Assembly: GCA_035252045.1 (NCBI GenBank)
Contig: DATFDO010000196.1
Location: forward strand, 1 to 44,816
Length of the DNA stretch: 44,816 bases
Source: Pseudonocardiaceae bacterium
GTDB taxonomy: Bacteria > Actinomycetota > Actinomycetes > Mycobacteriales > Pseudonocardiaceae
Direction: 5' to 3'
Below the pieces are notes generated by a model, which saw only the letters and a program-made list of their open reading frames with translations, did no database searches and was not told where the DNA came from. Below, piece by piece: positions 32,657 through 42,900 of the stretch (its first letter is position 1; each line of letters begins with the position of its first letter). The position numbers and the translations under genes are program-made.

Positions 32657-34369
32657 GTGGTGCCCTTGATGCGGAAGGTCCGGACTGGGACGGTTGTCGC
32701 GTTGGCTGCCTTGTTGTCGCTGGTCCCGGCTGGCTGCGGCAAGCGTCCTAATGTGGGGACCCAGAACGGTGGCGTGCCCCTGGTCGGGTTTCCTGAGACA
32801 CCTGTCCCGCCGCACGTGCCCGGCAAGCCGGGCGGGGTGTTCCGGCTGGGCATCGTCGAGCCGAGGGCGATCGACCCGTATAACGCGCAGGAGTCCGAGG
32901 GCAACCTGGTCACCGAGAACCTGTTCACCGAGCTGATCAACGTCGGCCCAGACGGATCGGTCAGCCCCGGCGTAGCGACCAGCTGGACCGCCAATCCCGA
33001 CTGCTCGCAGTGGACCTTCACCCTCAAGCACGGCACCACGTTCCACAACGGTGAGCAGGTGGACTCGGCGGCCTTCAAGCGCGGGTGGGAGCGCGCGGCC
33101 GCACGCAGCGCGGCATCCGAGGTCGCCTACCACATGAATGAGGTTCAAGGCTTCGACGCCATGCAGGCCGGCACCTCAGACCACCTGTCTGGCGTCGACG
33201 CGTCCGCACCGGACCGGCTCGTGGTCACCCTTGCCCATCCGGACTGCGAGTTCCACCTACGCACCTACAAGACGGTGTTCTCCCCGGTGCCCACGGTCGC
33301 CGGTCCGGCGGACAACAAGGCCTACAACGACCAGCCAATCGGCAACGGGCCGTTCATGATGGAGGGCCCGTGGCAGCACGACCGGGGCATCCGGCTCAAG
33401 CGGTTCGACGGCTACACCGCCGGGCCCAAGGCGAATCTTGACGAGGTCGACATCACCATCCTGCCGTCGCAAGGCGGCGTGCAAGCCGAATACGACGGGT
33501 TCAACAACGGCACCTTCGACTGGGCCCGGCTACCCACACCGCTGCTGGCCGGGGCCCGCACGACCTACGAGCCGCGCGGGGAGTGGATCTCCAAGAAGAC
33601 CGCCGGCATCAACTACCTGCTGCCGATGGTGACCACGCCACCGCTGACCAGCGCGGCGGCCCGCAAGGCGATCTCGGAGGCGATCGACCGGGTAGCGATC
33701 GCCCGCGGCGTGTTCCAGGGTGCTCAGGTGCCGGCCGACGCGTTCATCCCGCCGGCATTACCGGATGCCTACCAGTCCGGCGTCTGCACCGCGTGCCGGT
33801 ACGACCCGGTCGACGCCAAAAGGCTCGCCCAGCAGGCCGGGCTGACCCCGGGCACCACTGTCAACTTCCAGTTCAACACCGGCGGCGGGCACGAGGAGTG
33901 GACCGCGGCAGTGGCCCAGCAGCTGCGGCACAATCTCGGGCTGAACGTCAGCTACAGCGGAGTGCCGTTCAGCGACCTGCTGAAAAATGAGCTGCAGCCC
34001 GGTGCCAGCGGAATCTTCCGGGCAGCATGGGGCGCGGATTACCCCACGCCGGGCAACTTCCTGCAGCCGCTGCTGTCCACCGCCGCGATCGGCGCGACCA
34101 GCCCAAGCCAGCCGGCCACCGGGGACAACCGCGGCCGCTACAGCAATCCACGGTTCGATCAGCTGCTCGCGCAGGCCGCTGCCACCCCCGACAAGACCCA
34201 GCGCATCGGCCTCTACCAGCAGGCCGAGCAGCTGGCGATCGGCCAGGACCTGGCGGAGATCCCATTGTGGTTCCGCCAGCAGTTCCGGCTGGCGAACACC
34301 ACGAAGTTCGCGAATGTGCACCTCGACTTCGCCGAGGAGCCCACGCTGGCCGAGATCACCCTGCGATGA
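32657..34369 (+). CDS. ABC transporter substrate-binding lipoprotein, family 5 (peptide/nickel, DppA/OppA-like)
   Basis: Signal peptide plus lipobox: VVALAALLSLVPAGCG. The body is of SBP_bac_5 type (..PYNAQESEGNLVTENLF..L.., ..DITILPSQGG..). An alternative ATG start lies at 32669. Confidence 0.9.
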   Translation: MVPLMRKVRTGTVVALAALLSLVPAGCGKRPNVGTQNGGVPLVGFPETPVPPHVPGKPGGVFRLGIVEPRAIDPYNAQESEGNLVTENLFTELINVGPDGSVSPGVATSWTANPDCSQWTFTLKHGTTFHNGEQVDSAAFKRGWERAAARSAASEVAYHMNEVQGFDAMQAGTSDHLSGVDASAPDRLVVTLAHPDCEFHLRTYKTVFSPVPTVAGPADNKAYNDQPIGNGPFMMEGPWQHDRGIRLKRFDGYTAGPKANLDEVDITILPSQGGVQAEYDGFNNGTFDWARLPTPLLAGARTTYEPRGEWISKKTAGINYLLPMVTTPPLTSAAARKAISEAIDRVAIARGVFQGAQVPADAFIPPALPDAYQSGVCTACRYDPVDAKRLAQQAGLTPGTTVNFQFNTGGGHEEWTAAVAQQLRHNLGLNVSYSGVPFSDLLKNELQPGASGIFRAAWGADYPTPGNFLQPLLSTAAIGATSPSQPATGDNRGRYSNPRFDQLLAQAAATPDKTQRIGLYQQAEQLAIGQDLAEIPLWFRQQFRLANTTKFANVHLDFAEEPTLAEITLR

Positions 34370-35298
34370 CCAGGTTCGTCGCTCGGCGCATCGCGCAAGC
34401 GGTGCTGGTGCTGCTGGTTGCCACCCTGGCGATCTTCCTGGCCACCTTCGCGTTGGGTGACCCGTTCGCCTCCACCGGTGAGAAGGTCGTCCCACCGGAG
34501 ATCCAGGCGATCGACCGGGCCAAGTTCGGCTTGGACAAGCCGCTACCGGTGCAGTACCTGACATACCTGAGCAACCTGGTGCACCTGGACTTCGGGGTGG
34601 ACTTCGACCAGCGCCGCCAAGTCAGCTCGATGCTGGCCGAGACGCTACCGAACACCATCCGGCTTGCCCTGGTGGCGATCGCCCTGGACGTGCTGATCGG
34701 CGTCATCGCCGGGGTGATCGCGGCGGTCAAGCGCTACTCGTTCACCGATGTGCTGGTCACCGTGTCCTCCACGCTGGCGATCGGGGTGCCGACCTTCGTC
34801 ATCGGCCTGGTCCTGGTGGGCTACGTCTCCGGAGTCTGGATCTTCCCGGTGGTACCGCGCAGCTTCACCGTGCAGGTGCCCTGGTGGCGCGAGGTGCTGC
34901 TGCCCGGGTTCACCCTGGCGATCATCGACGCGGCGTTCATCGCCCGGCTGATGCGCGGCTCGATGCTGGAGGTGTTGCGGTCGGACTACATCCGCACCGC
35001 GCGCAGCAAGGGCCTGCCCGAGCGGGTGGTAATCGGCAAGCACGCGATGCGCAATTCGATGATCCCGGTGGTCACCTACGTCGGGATCTCCCTCGGGGTC
35101 CTGATGGGTGGCGCGATCATCACCGAGACCATATTTCAGTACAACGGGATCGGTTACCTTTTGGCCCGCGCGATCCAGGCCAACAACGCCCCGGTGATCA
35201 TGGCGGTGGTGGTGGTCAGCGTGGTGGTGTTCGTGTCGCTGAGCCTGCTCGTGGACATCGTGTACGCCTACCTCGACCCGCGGATCCGACTGGACTAG
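34366..35298 (+). CDS. ABC transporter permease (DppB/OppB-like)
   Basis: ATGA overlap with the SBP stop. The N-terminus is MTRFVARRIAQAVLVLLVATLAIF and an EAA-like loop is present (YIRTARSKGLPERVVIGKHAMRN). Trimmed from track ORF 34027-35298. Confidence 0.9.
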   Translation: MTRFVARRIAQAVLVLLVATLAIFLATFALGDPFASTGEKVVPPEIQAIDRAKFGLDKPLPVQYLTYLSNLVHLDFGVDFDQRRQVSSMLAETLPNTIRLALVAIALDVLIGVIAGVIAAVKRYSFTDVLVTVSSTLAIGVPTFVIGLVLVGYVSGVWIFPVVPRSFTVQVPWWREVLLPGFTLAIIDAAFIARLMRGSMLEVLRSDYIRTARSKGLPERVVIGKHAMRNSMIPVVTYVGISLGVLMGGAIITETIFQYNGIGYLLARAIQANNAPVIMAVVVVSVVVFVSLSLLVDIVYAYLDPRIRLD

Positions 35299-35302
35299 GA
35301 CG

Positions 35303-36163
35303 ATGAGCCGACCAAGCCAACTGCGCGACATCTCGGCTCGCTACCGCCGTAACAAGCTGGCGATGGTGGGGCTGGTCATCGTGGCCGTGCTGGTGGCCAC
35401 CGCGATCGTGGGCGACTACCTCACCCCGTACGACGCGTACGAGCAGAACCTGCTCAACGCCACCGCGCCGCCGAGCGCCGAGCACTGGCTGGGCACCGAC
35501 GTGCTGGGACGGGACTTGTTCTCCGAGCTGATCTATGGGGTACGGCTGGCGATGATCGTGGCGGTGAGCACGGTGGCGCTGTCATTGGTACTCGGCGTGG
35601 CACTCGGCGCGCTGGCCGGCTACCGTGGCCGTGCCACGGACACCGTGCTGATGCGCACGACGGACATCTTTCTGGCCTTCCCGGTACTGGTCGGCGCGAT
35701 CGTGGTGGTGCGCGCCGCCGGCCAGGGTATCTGGCCGGTGATCGCGGCACTGGCGCTGTTCTCCTGGCCGGTGTCCGCCCGACTCATGCGGGGGCAAGTC
35801 CTCGCGCTGCGCGAGGCCGACTACGTCGAGGCAGCGCGATCGGTCGGGGCCGGCAGCCGCCGGATCGTGGTCCGACACATCATGCCCAACGCGATCGCAC
35901 CGGTGTTGGTCTACGCATTCACCAGCATAGGCGTTGTGGTGGTCGGCATGGCCTCGCTGTCCTATCTGGGCATCGGCGTCCCACCGAACGTGCCCGAGTG
36001 GGGCCGGTTGATCTCCCAGTCGGTGCCGTTCCTGCGGGTACCCGGCAAGACCCACCTGTGGTTGTATCCGGCGATGGCGATCTGCGTCACCACGCTGGGA
36101 TTCGCGCTGGTCGCCGATGGCCTGCGCGACTCGCTGGACCCTAAACTGCGCGGCGACGGGTGA
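35303..36163 (+). CDS. ABC transporter permease (DppC/OppC-like)
   Basis: 286 aa. Contains ..HWLGTDVLGRDLFSELIYG.. and the EAA loop YVEAARSVGAGSRRIVVRHIMPN. Confidence 0.9.
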   Translation: MSRPSQLRDISARYRRNKLAMVGLVIVAVLVATAIVGDYLTPYDAYEQNLLNATAPPSAEHWLGTDVLGRDLFSELIYGVRLAMIVAVSTVALSLVLGVALGALAGYRGRATDTVLMRTTDIFLAFPVLVGAIVVVRAAGQGIWPVIAALALFSWPVSARLMRGQVLALREADYVEAARSVGAGSRRIVVRHIMPNAIAPVLVYAFTSIGVVVVGMASLSYLGIGVPPNVPEWGRLISQSVPFLRVPGKTHLWLYPAMAICVTTLGFALVADGLRDSLDPKLRGDG

Positions 36164-38229
36164 GCCCCCCGCTGCTGGAGGTGCGCGACCTCCGGGTGCA
36201 CTTCGACAGCCCGGCCGGCGTCGTCAAAGCCGTCGACGGGGTGAGCTGGCAGGTCGAACCGGGCGAGACGCTGGCCATCGTCGGCGAGTCCGGTTCGGGC
36301 AAGTCCGTGTCCGCGATGACGATCCTCGGGCTTGTGCCCAGCCCGCCGGCGATGTTCCCCAGCGGCGAGGTGCTCCTGGACGGCCGCCCGCTGCTGAGCC
36401 TGCCCACCGCGCAGCAGCGCCGGCTGCGCGGCAAGGACATCGCGATGATCTTCCAGGATCCGCTCACCGCGCTCAACCCGGTGCTCAAGGTCGGTGAGCA
36501 GATCGCCGAGATGGTCCGGACCCACCAGAAGGTCGGCCGCACCGCTGCCCAGCACCAAGCTGTTGAGCTGCTCGACCAGGTAGGCATCCCCAACCCCGGG
36601 CGGCGTGCGGCGCAGTACCCGCACGAGTTCTCCGGGGGGATGCGGCAGCGGGCGATGATCGCGATGGCGCTGGCCAACAACCCGAGGGTGCTGCTGGCCG
36701 ACGAGCCGACGACCGCGCTGGACGTGACGGTGCAGGCACAGATCATGGCGCTGCTGGAGCAGCTGCAGGCGCAGCGCAACACCGCGATCGTGCTGATCAC
36801 CCATGACCTGGGTCTGGTGGCCAGCCACGCCGACCGGATCGCGGTGATGTACGCCGGGCGGATCGTGGAGACCGGAACCGCCGGCGAGATCTTCACCGAC
36901 CCCCGGCACGCCTACACGCAGGGGTTGCTGTCCAGCCTGACCCGGATGGACCAGGCCCGACCGGCCAAATTGGTACCGATCCCCGGCCAGCCGCCGAGCC
37001 TGTCCCGGGTGCCGGTGGGCTGCCCGTTCCACCCTCGCTGTGGCTTCTCGACTCAGGGCTGCGTGGCCGAGGTGCCGGCACTGGTGCCGGTGACCGCCGG
37101 TTCCGGGCACGCCGCGGCCTGTATCCACAGCGACCAGGTGGCGATCGCGCACGGGGGACGTAGGCAGGCCACCGCGGCGGAACCGAGCCCCTCGGTCAGC
37201 CGCGAGCCGGCCCGGCCCATGCTGGCGGTGACCGACCTGGTCAAGCACTTCCCGATCCGGGCCGGGGTGTTCGTGAAGAAGACGGTCGGGTTGGTGCGCG
37301 CGGTCGACGGCGTATCCCTGGAGATCCCGGAAGGCGGCACGCTGTCGCTGGTCGGCGAGTCCGGCTGCGGTAAGTCCACGGTGGCCCGCACCATCCTGCG
37401 GCTGGTCGAGCCCACGTCAGGCACCGTGCGGCTCGGCGAGCGGGAGGTCACCGCGCTGGGCAGCGCCGAGCTGCGCCGGACTCGGGAAGACATGCAGATC
37501 GTGTTCCAGGACCCGTACGCGTCGCTGAACCCCCGTATGACCGTGCGGCAGATTCTGTCCGAGAAGTATGCGCTGCTCGGCGGTGAGCTGACCGGCTCGA
37601 CGATCAGCGACCTGCTGGACACCGTGGGGCTGTCCGCCGAGTACGCCGACCGGTACCCACATGAGTTCTCCGGCGGCCAGCGCCAGCGGGTTGGGATCGC
37701 CAGGGCGATCGCGCTGAACCCGAAGTTCGTGGTGCTCGATGAACCGGTGTCGGCCCTGGACGTGTCCATCCAGGCGCAGATCCTCAACCTGCTGGCCGAC
37801 CTGCAGCTCGACTTCGGGCTGACCTACCTGTTCATCGCCTACGACCTGTCGGTGGTCCGGCACATCTCCGACCGGGTCGCGGTGATGTACCTGGGTTCGG
37901 TAGTGGAGGTCGCCGACCGGGACGAGCTGTTCGAACGGCCGCTGCACCCCTACACCCAGGCATTGATCTCGGCGGTGCCGATCCCGGACCCGGCGGTGGA
38001 GCGCAACCGGGAGCGCATCGTGCTGATCGGTGACCTGCCCAGTCCGGCGAACCCGCCCAGCGGCTGCCGGTTTCGCACCCGCTGCTGGAAGCACCCCCAG
38101 CTGGCCGAGGACGAGCGCCGCCGCTGCATCGAGGAGCCGCCGCCGCTCGTGGCTCGCTCGACCGAGCACCCGGTGGCCGGGCACCCGGTGGCCTGCCACT
38201 TCGCCGGCGAGCGCCAGGTGCTGGGCTAA
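36160..38229 (+). CDS. fused double ATPase of the peptide/nickel ABC importer (DppD-DppF type)
   Basis: 689 aa with two NBDs. Walker A motifs are GESGSGKS and GESGCGKS, signature motifs are FSGGMRQR and FSGGQRQR, and both halves have oligopeptide-type C-terminal extensions (GCPFHPRC, GCRFRTRC). GTGA overlap with the upstream stop. Confidence 0.92.
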   Translation: MSPPLLEVRDLRVHFDSPAGVVKAVDGVSWQVEPGETLAIVGESGSGKSVSAMTILGLVPSPPAMFPSGEVLLDGRPLLSLPTAQQRRLRGKDIAMIFQDPLTALNPVLKVGEQIAEMVRTHQKVGRTAAQHQAVELLDQVGIPNPGRRAAQYPHEFSGGMRQRAMIAMALANNPRVLLADEPTTALDVTVQAQIMALLEQLQAQRNTAIVLITHDLGLVASHADRIAVMYAGRIVETGTAGEIFTDPRHAYTQGLLSSLTRMDQARPAKLVPIPGQPPSLSRVPVGCPFHPRCGFSTQGCVAEVPALVPVTAGSGHAAACIHSDQVAIAHGGRRQATAAEPSPSVSREPARPMLAVTDLVKHFPIRAGVFVKKTVGLVRAVDGVSLEIPEGGTLSLVGESGCGKSTVARTILRLVEPTSGTVRLGEREVTALGSAELRRTREDMQIVFQDPYASLNPRMTVRQILSEKYALLGGELTGSTISDLLDTVGLSAEYADRYPHEFSGGQRQRVGIARAIALNPKFVVLDEPVSALDVSIQAQILNLLADLQLDFGLTYLFIAYDLSVVRHISDRVAVMYLGSVVEVADRDELFERPLHPYTQALISAVPIPDPAVERNRERIVLIGDLPSPANPPSGCRFRTRCWKHPQLAEDERRRCIEEPPPLVARSTEHPVAGHPVACHFAGERQVLG

Positions 38230-39437
38230 CCGACCGTCACGCCGACGGCCTCGAAGATCGCGGCAAGTCCCTGGCCACCGCCGATGCACATCGTCTCCAG
38301 CCCGTACCGGCTGCCGCGCCGGTGCATCTCGTACGCCAGGGTGGCCAGGATCCGCGCACCGGTGGCGGCGACCGGGTGCCCCAGCGCGATACCGGAACCG
38401 TTGACGTTGAGCCGCTCGTAGTCGCGCTCGCCGAGTTGCCATTCCTGCAGGCAAGCCAGGACCTGCACGGCGAACGCCTCATTGAGTTCGATCAGGTCGA
38501 TATCGGCCAATGTGAGGCCCGCGCGGTCGAGCGCGACCGCGGTGGCCGGCACCGGGCCGATGCCCATCACCTCGGGACCGACCCCGGCCACCGCCCACGA
38601 CCGCAACGACAGCATCGGGCGCAGGCCATGCCGGTCGGCTCCATCGCGGGTGGTGACCACGCACATCGCCGCACCGTCATTCTGGCCGCTGGAGTTTCCC
38701 GCGGTCACCGTCGAATCGGGGTCGACAGCGGCGCGGATGGGCCGGAGCCTGGCCAGGCCGTCGAGCGTGGTGTCCGGACGTGGGTGCTCGTCCGCGATGA
38801 TCACGGCTCGTCCGGGTACCTCGACTGCGACCATCTCGTCGTCGAACAGCCCTTTCGCGACCGCGTCCGCGGTGGCCCGCTGGGATCGCAGCGCGAACCG
38901 GTCCTGTTCGTCACGGGTAATGCCGTACCGGGCGCGCAGGTTCTCAGCGGTCTCCAGCATGCCGCCGAGGATCGGGTGGGACCGCCCGCCCGCCGTGACC
39001 CGGGCCCTGGCGAGCCGGTCCATCAACTTGACGTCGCCGCGGACCCCGTCGCGCAGGCCGAGCGCGTAGTGCTCAGCCTGGCTCATCGATTCCGCGCCGC
39101 CCGCTACGACAAGGCGAGCGGCGCCGGTGCCCACCTGCATCGCGGCGTAGAGCACCGCCTGCAATCCCGAGCCGCAGCGGCGGTCGATCTGGATGCCGGG
39201 AACCGACGTGCCGAGGCCAGCGTCCAACGCCACCACTCGGCCGATCGCGGGGGCCTCACCGTTGGGGTAGCAGTGGCCGAGCACCACATCGTCGACATCG
39301 CCTTCGCCCAGGCCCGTGCGCCCCAGCAGCGAGGTCAGTGCCGACGTGGCGAGATCAGCGGCACTGAGCCCGGCAAAAACCCCACCGAACCGCCCCACCG
39401 GCGTCCGGACCGGTTCACAGATCACCACATCGATCAC
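38226..39437 (-). CDS. acetyl-CoA C-acetyltransferase (thiolase II)
   Basis: 403 aa from the GTG at 39437 (MIDVVICEPVRTPVGRFGG). The active-site Cys is in IDRRCGSGLQAV, and NEAFAVQVLAC and the C-terminal CIGGGQGLAAIFE are present. The track ORF extends 30 codons further upstream without homology. Confidence 0.9.
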   Translation of the reverse strand: MIDVVICEPVRTPVGRFGGVFAGLSAADLATSALTSLLGRTGLGEGDVDDVVLGHCYPNGEAPAIGRVVALDAGLGTSVPGIQIDRRCGSGLQAVLYAAMQVGTGAARLVVAGGAESMSQAEHYALGLRDGVRGDVKLMDRLARARVTAGGRSHPILGGMLETAENLRARYGITRDEQDRFALRSQRATADAVAKGLFDDEMVAVEVPGRAVIIADEHPRPDTTLDGLARLRPIRAAVDPDSTVTAGNSSGQNDGAAMCVVTTRDGADRHGLRPMLSLRSWAVAGVGPEVMGIGPVPATAVALDRAGLTLADIDLIELNEAFAVQVLACLQEWQLGERDYERLNVNGSGIALGHPVAATGARILATLAYEMHRRGSRYGLETMCIGGGQGLAAIFEAVGVTVG

Positions 39438-39924
39438 ATGCCGCCCCCGTCCGGCGCCAGGATGTCGTGAACTCGACGCTATCGATGTTTTGCTGTGGCC
39501 ACACGTCGGTCTCGTCGAGTTCACCACGCCCGTCGGCAGTCGAGCGCCGGATCGTGCCTGCCAGCTGACCGGGAAGACGGGGACCGTTGGCTGCGGTCAC
39601 GCGCAGCACCGCATTCCACGCCACCGGCACGGCGAAGGCGCCGGCGGTGGCGGGTCACCACACCGGACAACCACGATCGGCGGCTCGCCGTTACGAGCCG
39701 CGAGCACGTCGGTGACGATGGAGCTACTACCGCCTCCCCACCGGCCCCGGCAGGACTCCCACCCTGCTGGAAAAGGCCGCGCCATAACGACCGGTCCTTG
39801 CCTGCGCGAATACAAGATGCAGAGAAAGCCCATCAACCATTGCCGGCGGGGTGTGCGTATTCATGATTTCCACGATATAGAATTCGATCATACGAACAGG
39901 GCACGTGGGCGCGAAGGGGGCACG

Positions 39925-42900
39925 GTGGCCGTCAAAGCCCGCCCGCGCTGCGATCTCGCTGAGCTGATCACCCAGTATTACCGGCTGGTCCCTGCCGAGG
40001 AGCTGGCCAGCGCCGAACCGGCTGAGTTGGCCGCCGCAGTGAAGTCGCATCTGGCGCTGGCCGCGCAGCGGGTACCCGGCCGGGCACTGGTCCGGCTGCT
40101 CAATCCCGCTCGCGCCGACGATGGCTGGGATTGCCGGGACACGGTGATTCAGATTGTCACCGACGACATGCCCTATCTGGTGGACTCGGTGATCGCCGAA
40201 CTGGCCCGCGGCAACCTGACGGTGCGACGCCTGGTGCATCCCCTGATACGGGTTCGCCGCGATCTCACTGGAAGCCTGCTGGAGGTACTCACCGGCGGTG
40301 CTCCAGCCGCGATGCCCAGCGATGCCGTGGTCGAGTCCTGGATGTACGTGAACATCACTCGCATCACCGATCCCGACCGGGTCCGCGAGGTGCAGCAACG
40401 GCTGCTCACCGTGCTCACCGACGTGCGCGAGGTGGTCGAAGACACCCCCCGGATGATCACTACCGCGGAGTCCCTGGCCGACGGGCTGCAGACCGCGCCG
40501 CCGCCAGTGCCTGCCGAGGAGGTGGCCGACGGGGCGGCCCTGCTGCGCTGGCTGGCCGGTGGGCACTTCACCTTCCTCGGTTACCGGCACTACGAGCTTG
40601 TCCGGACATCGACCGGGGGCCACGGCATCGAACCCGCGCTGCGGGCGGTGCTCGCATCGGGCCTCGGCGTGCTGCGCAAGGACAGCGTCGCCACCCGCGG
40701 CTTCACCACCGGACCGGATGTCAACCCGCTGGCCCGCAACCTGCTCGTGCTTACCCAAGCCAGCTCACCGGCCACCGTCTACCGACCGGTGTACCCGCAC
40801 TACATCGGCGTCAAGACCTTCGATGAGCAGGGCGAGGTCACTGGTGAGCACCGCTTCCTGGGCGTGCTGTCCACCACCGCCCTGCATCAAGACGTGCTGG
40901 ATATCCCGGTGGTCGGCCGGACGGTCCGTGAGGTGATCCGTAGAGCGGGCGTGCCTGCTGATTCCTACTCGGGACAGCAGATGTTGGAGGTCTTGCAGAC
41001 CTACCCGCGGGCCGAGCTGTTTTCCACCGACCCCGAGTCGCTGTACCGGACGGTGACCGGGGTGCTGTCCCTGGCGCAGCGGCGCACGTTGCGGCTGTTC
41101 TGCCGGCGTGATCCTTACGGCCGATTCTTCTCCTGCCTGGTCTACCTGCCGCGCGACCGCTATACGACCACCGCGCGGCTAGCCATGCGGGACGTGCTGA
41201 TCCGCGATCTGCACGGCACCGGCGTGGACTACAGCGCTCAGATCGGCGAATCTGTGCACGCGCGGGTGCACTTCACGGTGCACACCGATCCACGCGATTC
41301 CGCGGTGCCAGCCGAGCCGGATCTCATCGCGATCACCGACCGGCTCGAAGAGGCAATCCACACCTGGGATGACCGGCTCCTCGACGCGGCGGCAACCACT
41401 GGCGAAGCCATCACCAAGCTTGCGCAGCACTACCTGGTGGCGTTCCCGCAGGCATACAAGGAGGACTTCGACGCCGCCACCGCCCTACGTGACATCGACC
41501 GGCTGCAAGCGCTGGCCCCGCAGGACGGCCTGCACGTGTGCTTCGAGCTGCCGACCAGCGCCAAGCCCGGGGAGCGCCGGTTCAAGCTCTACCTGGCGGG
41601 CCGGCGGATCACCCTGTCCAACGTGTTGCCAGTGTTGCAGCAGATGGACGTCGAGGTGGTCGACGAGCGACCTTACGAGGTGATCCGCAGCGACGGTGCG
41701 CAGTGCTGGATCTACCACTTCGGGCTGCTGCTGAACGCCGGCGTGCTGCAGAAGTTGGCCGGTCAGGACGGCGACGATGTGCAGCGCCGGTTCTGCGACG
41801 CCTTCATGGCCGCCTGGCGAGGGGCCTGCGAGGTGGACCGGTTCAACGCGCTGGTGCTGCGCGCCGGGCTGGACTGGCGGCAGGTGGCGGTGCTGCGTGG
41901 CTACGCTCGCTACCAGCGGCAGGCGCGCAGCCCGTACAGCCAGCGTTACGTCGAGGACGTGTTGCTCACGCACAGTGACATCGCCGGGGTGCTGGTTGCG
42001 CTGTTCGAGGCCCGCTTCGACCCGGCCCTGGAGCCCGCCACCCGGGAGGTCAGCCACCATGCCCTGGCGGTCCAGGCTGCCACCATGATCGACGAAGTGG
42101 TCGGTCTGGACGCTGACCGCATCCTGCGCAGCCTGCTCACGTTGGTGCGCGCCACGCTGCGCACCAACCACTACGTCCGGGACAGCAACGGAGACCCTCG
42201 GTCCTACCTGGCTGTCAAGCTTGATCCGCGGGCGGTGCCCGCGCTGCCCGAGCCGCGACCCGCTTTCGAAGTCTTCGTCTGTTCCCCGCGGGTGGAGGGC
42301 GTGCATCTGCGATTCGGTCCGGTGGCCCGCGGTGGGCTGCGCTGGTCGAATCGCCAAGAGGACTACCGGACCGAAGCGCTGGGTTTGGTCAAAGCACAGG
42401 CGGTGAAAAACGCGGTGATCGTGCCGGTAGGAGCCAAGGGCGCCTTTGTGGTCAAGCGACCGCCCGCACCGACCGGTGATCCAGTTCTGGATCGGGACGC
42501 CACCCAGGCTGAGGGTGTGGCCTGCTACCGGTTGTTCATTTCCGGGCTGCTCGACCTCACCGACAACCTCATCACCGGCACCAGCCGGCATCCCGACCGC
42601 GTGATCTGCTACGACGGCGACGACAGCTACCTGGTGGTCGCGGCCGACAAGGGCACCGCGGCGTTTTCCGACATCGCCAACGAGGTGGCCGGCGCGTACG
42701 GGTTCTGGCTCGGTGACGCGTTCGCCTCCGGTGGCTCGTCGGGTTATGACCACAAGGCGATGGGGATCACCGCGCGGGGTGCGTGGGAAAGCGTCCGGCG
42801 GCACTTTCACGAGCTCGGCATCGACACCCAAACCGAGGACTTCACCGTGGTCGGGATCGGGGACATGTCCGGTGATGTGTTCGGCAACGGGATGCTGCGC

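Noticed and set aside
32657-38229. The idea that the family-5 ABC importer is a NikABCDE-type nickel supplier for the hydrogenase.
   Set aside because: It lies more than 22 kb from the hydrogenase, separated by mobile DNA and unrelated genes. Nothing in the sequence distinguishes nickel from peptide specificity.
39316-39924. 5' extension of the gdh ORF (203 extra codons). Analogous extensions are seen at 18071-18448 (ALDH), 39438-39527 (thiolase), 7171-7287, 8369-8473, 4267-4464, 4538-4732 and 34027-34365.
   Set aside because: The extensions overlap upstream genes or cross AT-rich intergenic DNA and lack homology. Internal starts with SD sequences or ATGA/GTGA coupling fit much better.
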